Source: Minisyncoccota bacterium (GTDB lineage: Bacteria > Patescibacteriota > Minisyncoccia > Phycocordibacterales > UBA9973). From it: a DNA stretch of 44,485 nt. The notes beneath the pieces are model-generated. The model saw only the letters and a program-made list of their open reading frames with translations. It had not been told where the DNA came from and did not search any database. Below, one piece after another: positions 16,307 to 25,184 of the stretch (the first letter of the stretch is position 1; each line of letters opens with the position of its first letter). Made by a program: the position numbers and the translations under genes. The stretch covers positions 1 through 44,485 of the forward strand of contig JBAYFP010000005.1 of NCBI GenBank assembly GCA_041667145.1, given 5' to 3'.

Positions 16307-16385
16307 CCCGTTAGAAATTTATATTAATTAATAATACCAAACTTTCATATCCCGTTTTCAATATTTACGTTATTTCTAACGGGAT
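16307..16385. repeat. 78-bp inverted-repeat-bounded cassette, copy 1 (portable promoter or MITE-like)
   Basis: CCCGTTAGAAAT...ATTTCTAACCGGG. About 96% identical to 16701-16777 (two substitutions plus a 1-nt indel). The minus strand contains TGGTATTAT (an extended -10) about 25 nt before the ATG. Confidence 0.8.
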
Positions 16386-16403
16386 CCATATTTATATTGT
16401 ATC

Positions 16404-16482
16404 ACCCTGTAGTAGATTTTGGAAAGGCTTTAAGCGCTCAGATAAAATCTGAGCATTTTCAAAACTCACTACGGGGTATCAC
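16404..16482. repeat. palindromic element, long form, copy C (inverted relative to copy A)
   Basis: CACCCTGTAGTAGATTTTGGAAA ... inner perfect hairpin GCTCAGAT-AAA-ATCTGAGC ... TTTTCAAAACTCACTACGGGGTATCAC. It abuts the TGA stop of the DUF167 gene. Confidence 0.7.
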
Positions 16483-16700
16483 AGATCTACTACTAAAAGT
16501 TTAGTTGGGCTACGGTGCCCATTTACAATACGTACTTTCCTTTTTGGTGCTTTAAAATATTCAGAAAAAATCTCAATAATTTTATCATTCGCCAAATTCC
16601 GCTCCGCTTTTTCTTTAACAGAAACCTCAAAATGATCCTCATTTATTTTCTTAAAGATTTCTTTCTTGGCCGAGGGAGAAACTTTGACTCTTATATACAT
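16479..16700 (-). CDS. DUF167 (YggU/UPF0235) family protein
   Basis: 73 aa; V(K/R)V.P.AK......-type N-terminus and a G..S..K...V C-terminus typical of YggU-like proteins. Confidence 0.65.
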   Translation of the reverse strand: MYIRVKVSPSAKKEIFKKINEDHFEVSVKEKAERNLANDKIIEIFSEYFKAPKRKVRIVNGHRSPTKLLVVDL

Positions 16701-16777
16701 CCCGTTAGAAATTTATATTAATTAATAATACCAAATCTTCATATCCCGTTTTCAATATTTACGTTATTTCTAACGGG
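16701..16777. repeat. 78-bp inverted-repeat-bounded cassette, copy 2
   Basis: Starts immediately after (upstream of) the ATG of the DUF167 gene. The terminal inverted repeat is CCCGTTAGAAAT / ATTTCTAACGGG. Confidence 0.8.
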
Positions 16778-16786
16778 ATACATAAA

Positions 16787-17344
16787 TTACAAATCTATAC
16801 TATTTCTTTTCCCATAAAAATACACAACCAGTACAAGTACGATGAGAACAAGAAAACTAGTCAAGGAAAGCATTGGAATAGAAATGTATCCACCAAACTC
16901 TGATACTAAATGTTTATAACAAGAGATACCTGAAGCATCACAAGGAACATTACTACTCTCACCAAAATAATAAACAAGATTCTGATAAATAGAAATAATA
17001 AATCCAACAAACAAAAGTGGCAAGGTGTATTTCATTATCTTTTTATTTTTTTCCCAAAGGGCGGCACCAAAAATAAATACCTGTGGGAATAGAAATACTC
17101 TTTGAAACCAACAAAGCTCGCATGGAGGAAAGTGTATTGTTTCAGAATAAACTAAAGAAAATAAAGTAGCAAAAAAAGAAATTAAAAAACCAATAACTAA
17201 AAAATGCTTTTCAATAAAATCTAAAAAAATGTTCTTCCTGTGTCCCCCAAAAAATACAAATAAAATCAACACAGAAAAAATCTGCAGGGCTATTGCCCCC
17301 AACCCTAATACAACATTAAGATAATGTAAGGTATCTATACTCAT
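16787..17344 (-). CDS. DsbB/BdbC-family disulfide bond formation protein
   Basis: Multi-TM protein with PPCELCWFQRVFLFPQ (CxxC in the first periplasmic loop) and a second Cys pair (CDASGISC). Confidence 0.75.
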   Translation of the reverse strand: MSIDTLHYLNVVLGLGAIALQIFSVLILFVFFGGHRKNIFLDFIEKHFLVIGFLISFFATLFSLVYSETIHFPPCELCWFQRVFLFPQVFIFGAALWEKNKKIMKYTLPLLFVGFIISIYQNLVYYFGESSNVPCDASGISCYKHLVSEFGGYISIPMLSLTSFLVLIVLVLVVYFYGKRNSIDL

Positions 17345-17350
17345 TTTATT

Positions 17351-17737
17351 TTATTGAGGCAATACGCAAGAGGTCTTAGTAGCTAATTGATCAAGGGGTA
17401 CTTCACCATTTAACCTGCTTTCATCAGAAAATTCCCACGTCGGATAACCTTCTATTTTTTTATCTTTACAAATTTGTGTTTGACCTTGTCCGTCAGGAGT
17501 AGAACATTCTACATAGGGTAACAATTTTTCTGAAGTACCAAACAATTTTTTCTCAGCCTGACAATGTGTACACCAAAAAGCTCCATAAAAAACAGCTCCT
17601 TTGTCTTTTAAACATTGAGCAAAAGTATCATACTTACCAGGAACAGACGGTCCACTAGAAGAACGCAACAGAACGGCCCCTATCGTTCCTAAGACTAAAA
17701 TTATTATCACCGAAATAAATATATTTTTATTATTCAT
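17351..17737 (-). CDS. membrane-anchored thioredoxin-like protein (WCxHC; type found fused to or partnered with VKOR/DsbB)
   Basis: N-terminal TM anchor, then YGAFWCTHCQAEKKLFG and GYPTW. Confidence 0.65.
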   Translation of the reverse strand: MNNKNIFISVIIILVLGTIGAVLLRSSSGPSVPGKYDTFAQCLKDKGAVFYGAFWCTHCQAEKKLFGTSEKLLPYVECSTPDGQGQTQICKDKKIEGYPTWEFSDESRLNGEVPLDQLATKTSCVLPQ

Positions 17738-17757
17738 AGGTTATGTATTCTAACATA

Positions 17758-18138
17758 TTAAAAAATTTTTGGTAAAAAGATAATTAAACCAACTATTACT
17801 GCCGTAAATACAGCAAGGAGTACAGCCGCTGCAGCAACATCTTTCGTATCTCGAGCAAAAGGATGATATTCCGGAGAAGTTAAATCTATATCTATCTCTA
17901 TAGCCGTATTAATAGCCTCTGTTATTACTACAAAACCTATAGAAAAGACCAAAGCAATCCATTCAAAGCTAGAAACATTAAAATAAAAACCAAAAAATAT
18001 CACCACCAAGGCTACGGGTATGTGAATATATAAATTCCTAGTAGTTTTACCAAAAACATGTAAACCACGAAAAGCATTCATAAATCGCTCACTTTTTTTA
18101 ACTTCTCGCCAAGCTTTTATTTCCTTTTGTGAATCCAT
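17758..18138 (-). CDS. dgkA: diacylglycerol/undecaprenol kinase (DgkA family)
   Basis: 126 aa, 3 TM, with the EAINTAIE motif. Confidence 0.75.
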   Translation of the reverse strand: MDSQKEIKAWREVKKSERFMNAFRGLHVFGKTTRNLYIHIPVALVVIFFGFYFNVSSFEWIALVFSIGFVVITEAINTAIEIDIDLTSPEYHPFARDTKDVAAAAVLLAVFTAVIVGLIIFLPKIF

Positions 18139-18156
18139 TTTTATATAACTATATTC

Positions 18157-18786
18157 CTAATGTTTTTTTCTAAAAATATCAATGAAAAAGAAAGTATATT
18201 TAGTACTCTTTTCTAGAAGATTAAATAATATTGCAACTGTAAATAGAAAGATCGCTGTGTAGCTACTAAAGAATGAAACGACAATAGCGACGACTCCAGC
18301 CCCAACAGGAAACAAAATATGCATATTGGCATGTTCATTTTGTGTTTTTGTGACAGAAGCATTTTCTATGGTTTTAGAATGAATCACATATTGGCGCATT
18401 CTATACAATGAAAGACCAATCAAAATGATATTCATGGCAAAAAAGATAATAGCCGTTTCTGAATAACTATATTTACCAAGAAGATGAGAAGAAAATGGCA
18501 CAAGCCCAACAAAGAAAAAGAAAATTGCATTTAAATTTGAAAATTGAGTGTCGATATTTTTCGCTAAAATTGATTCAATAAAATGATGTGAACGCCAATA
18601 TGTAAAAAGAAGAGAGAAACTCAAGAGATAACTCAAAAATATCGGAGAAAGTTCTAGTAAAGATTTCCAAAGAGTTTGTTCGCTAACTACCCCAGCATAT
18701 TCAGGAATACGTATCTCAAAAACCAAAATCGTCATGACTATGGCAAAGATACTGTCTGCTAATTGATCCAATCGTGCTTGCTTCAT
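18157..18786 (-). CDS. TMEM175/DUF1211-family membrane protein (putative K+ channel)
   Basis: N-terminal RLDQLADSIFAIVMTILVFEI resembles the R-x3-FSDGVFAI signature; 6 TM. Confidence 0.6.
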   Translation of the reverse strand: MKQARLDQLADSIFAIVMTILVFEIRIPEYAGVVSEQTLWKSLLELSPIFLSYLLSFSLLFTYWRSHHFIESILAKNIDTQFSNLNAIFFFFVGLVPFSSHLLGKYSYSETAIIFFAMNIILIGLSLYRMRQYVIHSKTIENASVTKTQNEHANMHILFPVGAGVVAIVVSFFSSYTAIFLFTVAILFNLLEKSTKYTFFFIDIFRKKH

Positions 18787-18834
18787 AATACTAATATTAC
18801 CATATAGAGCTTAAATACCTCCACAAAATACCCC

Positions 18835-18863
18835 TTGACATTTAAACTTGAATATGCTATACT
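18835..18863 (+). promoter_or_regulatory. strong sigma70-type promoter
   Basis: TTGACA-N17-TATACT. Confidence 0.55.
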
Positions 18864-18945
18864 TCATTTAGTTTTTTAAACCTTTCCTTAACCTTTGTTT
18901 TGGAAAATTCACTGTTCCTTTCATAAATTTAAAAAGGTGATGACT

Positions 18946-19485
18946 ATGAAATTAATAGGCATAATATTTGGTATTTTATTAATCTTATTGACAACAAATG
19001 CCAGTGCTCAGATTGATAGAAATATCCAATATATTTCATCAATCGAAATTCCTATTGAATCAATACCGTTTGTTGCAAAAGAAAAATTTACAAAAAACAA
19101 CGATTCAATAAAAATTGGGAAAATCGGAGAAAGTTTCATGGAATGGTTCGGCAACAAAATCGAAACTCCCACCAGAATTAATCCGGTAATTCTTTATTAC
19201 GGGAAACTGTCAAATTTTTTATGTGACAGTATTATAGTCATGTGGATTGGTGAAGAAAAAATAGAAACCAATTTGCAAGACATCTATTTTCTAATGAGTA
19301 AACAATCTCATGGGAATAAAGGGGTACTCATCACCAATGGAAAATCAAATGTCTTCCATGTAAGAGATAAAAAAAATATCATGCGCACTATTTATCTGTG
19401 CTGGTATACTGGATGGTATATCGACTCTTTCCCAACAGATAATGTATATTGGTATAAAGACACCAGAATTTTTTACAAAAAGTAA
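18946..19485 (+). CDS. secreted hypothetical protein
   Basis: Start chosen at the ATG preceded by AAAGGTGA. The ORF track begins at a TTG at 18895, and an ATG at 18940 is also possible. Signal peptide MKLIGIIFGILLILLTTNASAQ. No homology recognised. Confidence 0.55.
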   Translation: MKLIGIIFGILLILLTTNASAQIDRNIQYISSIEIPIESIPFVAKEKFTKNNDSIKIGKIGESFMEWFGNKIETPTRINPVILYYGKLSNFLCDSIIVMWIGEEKIETNLQDIYFLMSKQSHGNKGVLITNGKSNVFHVRDKKNIMRTIYLCWYTGWYIDSFPTDNVYWYKDTRIFYKK

Positions 19486-19509
19486 AATGAGAATATAAAA
19501 GAGAAAAAG

Positions 19510-19541
19510 CCGCATTTCCACCAAAGGAGATGCGGATTTTT
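19510..19541 (+). terminator. intrinsic terminator
   Basis: CCGCATTTCC-accaaa-GGAGATGCGG (10 bp, one G-U) followed by ATTTTT. Confidence 0.7.
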
Positions 19542-19545
19542 AATT

Positions 19546-19574
19546 TTGACACAAATTATGACTTAATGTATTAT
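19546..19574 (+). promoter_or_regulatory. strong sigma70-type promoter, 9 nt from the ATG
   Basis: TTGACA-N17-TATTAT; the ATG is at 19584. Confidence 0.55.
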
Positions 19575-19583
19575 TAAAATAAT

Positions 19584-20378
19584 ATGATAGAAAAAAATAA
19601 AAATTTACCCCCCCCTCAGGAAAACCCTACTCCTGAAGTAGAAATTAATACATATACAGAACAGGAAAATATAAAATATCCAAATCTATCTAAGATCAAA
19701 GAGGCTCTCTCAAAACAGAAACTGGAATTAGTTGGGGATAGAGAAATTTTAAGTGGTGGAATATTTGGACCCATCTTTCGTCTTAAAGTACGAGATTTCA
19801 ATACTAACAAAGAAAAATTTATTATAGAACGAACATTTACAAAAAATAAAGGAATCAGTAAAAGATTCTCTGTTGTAAAAATTGACGACCCATATGTAAA
19901 AATTGACTCTGAGCCTCGATATAAAAATTCAGACAGCGACAAAACATTAAAAAAAACGGTCATCATCGATTATCTTTACAATGAAGAAACAGCTTTATGT
20001 AAACTACAGGGATTAAATGGTATCCCTAAATTATATGGTGTTGTTGATGAAGAAGATTAAGGTTCAATTTTAGAAGAATTTATCGATGGTTATGATTTTA
20101 GCTCATCACTTATTGAAGAAAATGTTTCTAATTCACCAGAAGAAACAACTAACATAATAGAAAAAATTAAAAAAGTATACACAGAAGCTGCAAAATTAGG
20201 ATATATTCATTGTAATCCTACTGGAATGACAATCATGGTAGATAAAAAAACAAATCAGCCATACCTGACTGATTGGTATTTATATTTTAAGGATTCAATA
20301 AAATCTGATAGGTACCAGGCGGGATTAGAAAATATTGAAAATTTAAAAAATCTTGTACTTTCTCAAACAAATCATTAA
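19584..20378 (+). pseudogene. protein-kinase-like-fold gene interrupted by one in-frame TAA (20058-20060)
   Basis: Upstream part: LSGGIFGPIFRL (Gly-rich-loop-like) ... LYGVVDEED. After the TAA, the same frame continues GSILEEFIDGYDF ... GYIHCNPTGMTIMVD ... LTDWYLY to a TAA at 20376-20378 (264 codons in total). Confidence 0.6.
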
Positions 20379-20752
20379 TTTATTGGTAGTGGACAACCAC
20401 TTATTTCTGATAATTTTTCTAAGCTTTGTCCACCCGAGTATTTCACTCCTTTTTCATCTATCCACGTAGGATAACCTTCTATTCCCTTCGCTAAGCACTC
20501 ATCAGCTTTTTCTGTACATTCTACATATGGCACATATTTAAAAGAATCTCCAAAAAGAGCCTTCTCTGCTTTACAATGAGAGCACCAAACAGCTCCATAC
20601 ATTGTCAGATTTTTTGATGCTAAACATTGAGCGAATACATCGTACTTGGTAGATGGAACAGTAGGGCCACTTCCCGATCTGATTAGTACAGTCGCAATCG
20701 TTCCTAGAATCAGAAGTACAATTACAGAAATGAAAATATTTTTGTTAGTCAT
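20375..20752 (-). CDS. membrane-anchored thioredoxin-like protein (WCxHC), paralog of 17351-17737
   Basis: YGAVWCSHCKAEKALFG and GYPTW. Roughly half of the residues are identical to the other paralog by eye. Confidence 0.65.
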   Translation of the reverse strand: MTNKNIFISVIVLLILGTIATVLIRSGSGPTVPSTKYDVFAQCLASKNLTMYGAVWCSHCKAEKALFGDSFKYVPYVECTEKADECLAKGIEGYPTWIDEKGVKYSGGQSLEKLSEISGCPLPIN

Positions 20753-20764
20753 ATTATTTTAATT

Positions 20765-21271
20765 TTATTCTTTACAACAATCAACGAGCTTCGCCATGAT
20801 ATCATCAAAATTCATTGGCTTTTCTTTTTCCAAAGTACCTTTGACGTCTGCAGTGCTAATTATTTTTAATCTAAGTCCAAAAAATAAATTGTAAGCTTTA
20901 TAGGCAAAACTAAACATTTGTTTCGCTTCATCTGTCTTGCCATCACCTTGCAACTTGGTGCCAACTTCCATGAGTCGCATCGTTGTACCTAGCAAATGCT
21001 TGGAAATACACCAACTCTCTGCTTCTGTCTTGTCTATCATACGAGCCAAAAGAACTTTGCGCATTTCTCGCACATCTCTTAACATCTCATAATATTCATC
21101 TTTACCCGTCTTTGCACCCGAAAAAAAGAAATGCTCTTCAAGACTTATCAAATTCATCACAGCAATACTCAAATCCTCCTCCGTAGACAAATCTACTCCC
21201 CTATTTTCTTTAAGTGAATTAATCTTCTTCTGTAATTCTTCAAAACTCATTAATTTTGGATCAATTGTCAT
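20765..21271 (-). CDS. hypothetical cytoplasmic protein ending in CCKE
   Basis: 168 aa, helical, no TM segment, C-terminal ...LVDCCKE. Sits between the Trx-like and CcdA-like genes. Confidence 0.45.
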   Translation of the reverse strand: MTIDPKLMSFEELQKKINSLKENRGVDLSTEEDLSIAVMNLISLEEHFFFSGAKTGKDEYYEMLRDVREMRKVLLARMIDKTEAESWCISKHLLGTTMRLMEVGTKLQGDGKTDEAKQMFSFAYKAYNLFFGLRLKIISTADVKGTLEKEKPMNFDDIMAKLVDCCKE

Positions 21272-21285
21272 AAATTCCTATTATT

Positions 21286-21984
21286 TTATAATAAAAACAT
21301 CATAATACCGAATGCTATAAGTACAAGAAGTAGTATAACACGAGCTTTTTTCGTTTCCAACCTGCGCAATCTATCTATCTTTTCTGTCATTACTTTATTT
21401 GTAGCAAACAAAAGTATGAGAATGAGAGGTAAAACGAAAACAAAATTGTACATAATCAAATACCAGAAACCTTTCCAGAAATTCATGTAGTCGTGAAGTA
21501 AGGTCAAAACGAAAAGATAAGGGCCTCCAGTACATGGGAATTCAAACATAGCGACTAATCCTCCCAATAAAAAGAAAGCTGGGATAGAACCCATATTTAT
21601 GACTTTCGCTAGAGTCGTATGCGTACTTTCTGGCATTTTTAATTTAATCGGGAAGCTCGGATAAAATTCATTTATCAAACCGATAATACTGTAAATCAAT
21701 AATATAGATGCTCCGACTTTCGCCATGATGTTCGGGACATTAAAAAAACTAAGGGCCTGAAGTGCCCCAAGTCCTATCAATGTATAAACGATAGCAATAG
21801 CTAAAATATAAACACCTCCGGATATTAAAACAAACTTTCTATTTTTCCCAAGACTAAAAAGAAAGGTAATAGTTAAAAATAAAACAGAGATAGCGCAAGG
21901 ATTGATGCTATCTATCAAAGCTGAAGCCATAATGACTGGCAAAAAAAATCCATGCGCACTTGTAGCCAAATAACTTGAAAACAT
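21286..21984 (-). CDS. CcdA/DsbD-family transmembrane thiol-disulfide electron transporter
   Basis: 6 TM, with Cys in TM1 (INPCAISVL) and TM4 (FPCTGGPY). Confidence 0.65.
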   Translation of the reverse strand: MFSSYLATSAHGFFLPVIMASALIDSINPCAISVLFLTITFLFSLGKNRKFVLISGGVYILAIAIVYTLIGLGALQALSFFNVPNIMAKVGASILLIYSIIGLINEFYPSFPIKLKMPESTHTTLAKVINMGSIPAFFLLGGLVAMFEFPCTGGPYLFVLTLLHDYMNFWKGFWYLIMYNFVFVLPLILILLFATNKVMTEKIDRLRRLETKKARVILLLVLIAFGIMMFLL

Positions 21985-22028
21985 CTTTTTATATTATCAT
22001 ATTTAACCCAAAAATTCTAGAGTGAATT

Positions 22029-23240
22029 TTACTGATACTGTATATAGACAGGTTGAGGGGAAAGTTTTAGTAGATCATTTGGAGTCATTAAGGTAGTGCC
22101 TGGAGTGAGGATGTCATTTTTATAAAACAACTTGAAGCCAGTAAATTGAACAGGTTCTTTATAGACAAATTGCCGATAGGTATTTATTTTTTTTGCTGCC
22201 CCTCCCCAACCATCCATATGCATCACTATCTGTACTTCAGGAAGCGGTTTTATTTCTTTGTAATTAGTAAGCATGTTTTGCGTATAGCGATGGACGATAA
22301 GGATTTTTGGTGGAAGATTATTTTCTTTTACAATTTTAGATAAATAATTTGCAGTAAAATTTATGTCTGTCGCATCATAAGTACCGACTACTTTCCCAGG
22401 ACGAATACCATTTTTCATAGAAAACTCTGGATCGACACCTAAATGCACTTGTGGCATTTTAAGATATTTTTCTAACAGAGGAACTTCAGTCTGTAAATTA
22501 CTTAAACCAACTTGAATATCTAAAAAAACAATAGCATTTATTTTTGCTGCAATAGCTAAGACTTTATCTATCTCAGAGTCGGGCATACGGGCCCTATATT
22601 TACCATCTTGTCCAGCACTGCCTTGTGCAACGACAGCTATGTAATGAAGTGCTGGAATGACAGGAGTAGAAGGGTCAGCAATATTCCATTTTTTCACTTC
22701 TGCGTCTAGCCTTTCTAACATTTCTTTCTCTTCATATTGCCCTAAAACTCCCATTCCTTTTGAATAAAGATTTCCATAATAAGCAATAATACGATTAAAC
22801 GGTAATATGGCTCCTGCATTAGGATAAACTGTTTTCACCGGCCAGAGATGTGACACAACTGGCTGGGGATCCATAGGAACCTTAATGATCTTAGTCACTA
22901 CCTTGCCATTCTTACCTGCCCCGTAGGAAGCTTGCTTTCCTTCGGGGTCTTTTTCAATAGTTTTAATACTTTGGTAAACAATCTTATCAGGTGGATTGTT
23001 GGCAATTTCTTCTAATTTTTTATCATAAGCTATAGTATCGAGTGGCGTAACAGGTTTTACTAGTTTTTCTAAAGATTTTGTAACTTCATTTATCTTACTC
23101 TCTCCCTCATTTAATATCCTACTACTTAAAAGTTCTGGAACTAAAAAAAATAAAATAATTAGAAAAAATAAAACAACAAAAAACCAAAAGTATGTACTTT
23201 TAGATGTACTTTTTATTTTAAGTAAAATTTTACTTTTCAT
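22029..23240 (-). CDS. membrane-anchored hypothetical protein, extracytoplasmic domain of unknown function
   Basis: N-terminal TM helix, 403 aa. ATGA overlap with the zwf stop (23237-23240). No family recognised. Confidence 0.5.
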   Translation of the reverse strand: MKSKILLKIKSTSKSTYFWFFVVLFFLIILFFLVPELLSSRILNEGESKINEVTKSLEKLVKPVTPLDTIAYDKKLEEIANNPPDKIVYQSIKTIEKDPEGKQASYGAGKNGKVVTKIIKVPMDPQPVVSHLWPVKTVYPNAGAILPFNRIIAYYGNLYSKGMGVLGQYEEKEMLERLDAEVKKWNIADPSTPVIPALHYIAVVAQGSAGQDGKYRARMPDSEIDKVLAIAAKINAIVFLDIQVGLSNLQTEVPLLEKYLKMPQVHLGVDPEFSMKNGIRPGKVVGTYDATDINFTANYLSKIVKENNLPPKILIVHRYTQNMLTNYKEIKPLPEVQIVMHMDGWGGAAKKINTYRQFVYKEPVQFTGFKLFYKNDILTPGTTLMTPNDLLKLSPQPVYIQYQ

Positions 23241-24286
23241 TTAGAATTCTCAGACTTATTTATAATCTCATCTATAGTACTTCCCTTTTGATAAATTATC
23301 AAATCATCCTTTGAATCTTCCCACGCTCTTTGTATTTTATCTAAAATTCTCCAAGTCTCAAGTATCTCACCACTTGAGATAAATAAATCATGATTCCCTT
23401 CTATGGTAGCCCTGATAACTCTCTCATAAGCATCTGATTCATGTTCAATATTAAAAATCTTCTTATTGCCATCTTTATATTTGATTATTATTTGCGTCAA
23501 CTTTTCTGAAAGAGCTTTCCCAGTAGATAAAACTATCGGCACTCCACGCCAAGCTTTATCGTTTGATACCATATTGATCGAGACAAATGTTTCTACCATA
23601 CTGTTTGGATTACTTACCTCTTCGCGATAGCCCTCATATTGTCCTCTTTTTACACACTCATGTTTTCTGACATCACAAACGATCTCTAGATTCTTTAATG
23701 CTTCATAACGTTTAGTAGTTTCAAAAGATTGAGACAATACTATAGCTGCCATTTCTAGAAGATGACTTTGTACAAAATCTTTCAACGCTCCCGTCTGTTC
23801 ATAAAAATGAACTCTCCCCTCTATGCCTATTTTTTCACTAGCAATTATTTCTATCTCAGAAACTTTGTCTTTTCCCCATTTTTCATTTATCACATTTTGT
23901 ATTGATTGCTTTGCTAAATAATGATCCACTCTATAGATCTGATGTTCTGAAAAATATTGATCGACGTGGGATATCAAACTTTTCGCAGATTCCAAATCTT
24001 TGCCAAAAGGTTTTTCTAGCATTATTTTTACATTATCTTTACCAAAATTATCACTAATCATCTTTACGACATCCGTCACAGCCAGAGGTGGAATAGCTAA
24101 ATGAAAAATTTTTCCTCCTTCGTTTGTAATTAAACTTTTTAAATTTCCATAATCTTTACGGGAGACAGGTACAACCGCACCTACGTAACCCGTATTTTGT
24201 ATATTTTTAAGTGCAGGCAATAAATAACGCTTTGATAAATCGCCGGAAGCACCAAAAATTATGTAAGTTGGTTTATTTTTATCCAT
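23237..24286 (-). CDS. zwf: glucose-6-phosphate dehydrogenase (short form, 349 aa)
   Basis: IFGASGDLSKRYLLPAL, EKPFGKDLESA, RVDHYLAKQ and QSHLLEM motifs. Confidence 0.85.
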   Translation of the reverse strand: MDKNKPTYIIFGASGDLSKRYLLPALKNIQNTGYVGAVVPVSRKDYGNLKSLITNEGGKIFHLAIPPLAVTDVVKMISDNFGKDNVKIMLEKPFGKDLESAKSLISHVDQYFSEHQIYRVDHYLAKQSIQNVINEKWGKDKVSEIEIIASEKIGIEGRVHFYEQTGALKDFVQSHLLEMAAIVLSQSFETTKRYEALKNLEIVCDVRKHECVKRGQYEGYREEVSNPNSMVETFVSINMVSNDKAWRGVPIVLSTGKALSEKLTQIIIKYKDGNKKIFNIEHESDAYERVIRATIEGNHDLFISSGEILETWRILDKIQRAWEDSKDDLIIYQKGSTIDEIINKSENSK

Positions 24287-25184
24287 TATTTATTTTATGT
24301 CCACCAAATGCATTGCGCATAGCGGCTAAAAGTTTCGTAGCAAAATTAACTTTTCCCTTTTGTGATGCGAGCCTCACATCAAAAGCCGACTGAATCGAGG
24401 GCATTTCTATATTTAAACTTTTAGCCGCCTCGAGTGCCCAACGCGCTTCACCTGATTCGACGACTACTCCTTCTATGCCAGCTAATTCAGGATTTTCTTT
24501 TAAAGCGTTTTTAGAAAGATCATTCAACCATGAAGTGATAACACTATGATGTTGCCAAACTTCCCCTGCTTCTGCCAAATTAAGATTTTTATATGGACCT
24601 TCTTTAAGAAGCATATATCCCTCTGCAAGGCTCTCCATCATACCATACTCGATGGCATTGTGAACCATCTTCACATAGTGTCCCGCTCCACTTTCCCCGA
24701 AATAATAGTACGCGCCCTCTGGTTTTGATAATATTTGTAAAATCGTTTCAATAACTTTAAATGATTCTTCATCACCACCTACCATCATTGAAAAACCATT
24801 TTTGTAACCCCAAATGCCTCCACTTGTCCCGACATCTATTAAGGTCGAACCATTTTCCAAAACTTTTTCAGCTCTTTTTTTTGTTAAACGAAAATCAGAA
24901 TTGCCTCCATCAATCAAAATACTTTTTTTCGGTATTATTTTTAACCATTCTTCTAATTCTTGATCGACTACATCTGAGGGTATCATCATCCAGATGACCA
25001 CACGTTCTTCTCCAAACAATTTTACAACTTCTTCTTTTGTATAAGCTGGCGTCATACCTAAAGCTTTCATTTCATCTATAGAGCCCCTGCTTCTATTGAA
25101 AGCAATAACTGTATGCTTCCCCTCATGAAGCTTTCTCGTGACTTGTGTCCCCATTTTGCCCAATCCTGCAACTGCTATCATCAT
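24279..25184 (-). CDS. gnd: 6-phosphogluconate dehydrogenase, short (about 300 aa) form
   Basis: GLGKMG Rossmann motif and GAGHYVKMVHNAIEYGMM. Confidence 0.85.
   Translation of the reverse strand: MMIAVAGLGKMGTQVTRKLHEGKHTVIAFNRSRGSIDEMKALGMTPAYTKEEVVKLFGEERVVIWMMIPSDVVDQELEEWLKIIPKKSILIDGGNSDFRLTKKRAEKVLENGSTLIDVGTSGGIWGYKNGFSMMVGGDEESFKVIETILQILSKPEGAYYYFGESGAGHYVKMVHNAIEYGMMESLAEGYMLLKEGPYKNLNLAEAGEVWQHHSVITSWLNDLSKNALKENPELAGIEGVVVESGEARWALEAAKSLNIEMPSIQSAFDVRLASQKGKVNFATKLLAAMRNAFGGHKINNG

Noticed and set aside
16307-16777. Mini CRISPR array (two ~78-bp direct repeats).
   Set aside because: There are only two copies, the repeats are too long, and the 'spacer' is a protein-coding gene plus another palindromic element. 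No cas genes are present.
20058-20060. Alternative genetic code or TAA reassignment as an explanation for the in-frame stop in the kinase-like gene.
   Set aside because: Many well-supported genes in the window end at TAA at the expected position. TGA is also a genuine stop (for example the zwf ATGA overlap and DUF167). The six-frame ORFs are full length under the standard code.
18835-20378. Defence or toxin-antitoxin islet (secreted protein plus kinase-like gene, on the opposite strand to its neighbours).
   Set aside because: I recognise no nuclease, helicase, methylase, toxin or immunity hallmarks, and the kinase-like gene is interrupted. It is kept only as the in-frame-stop observation.
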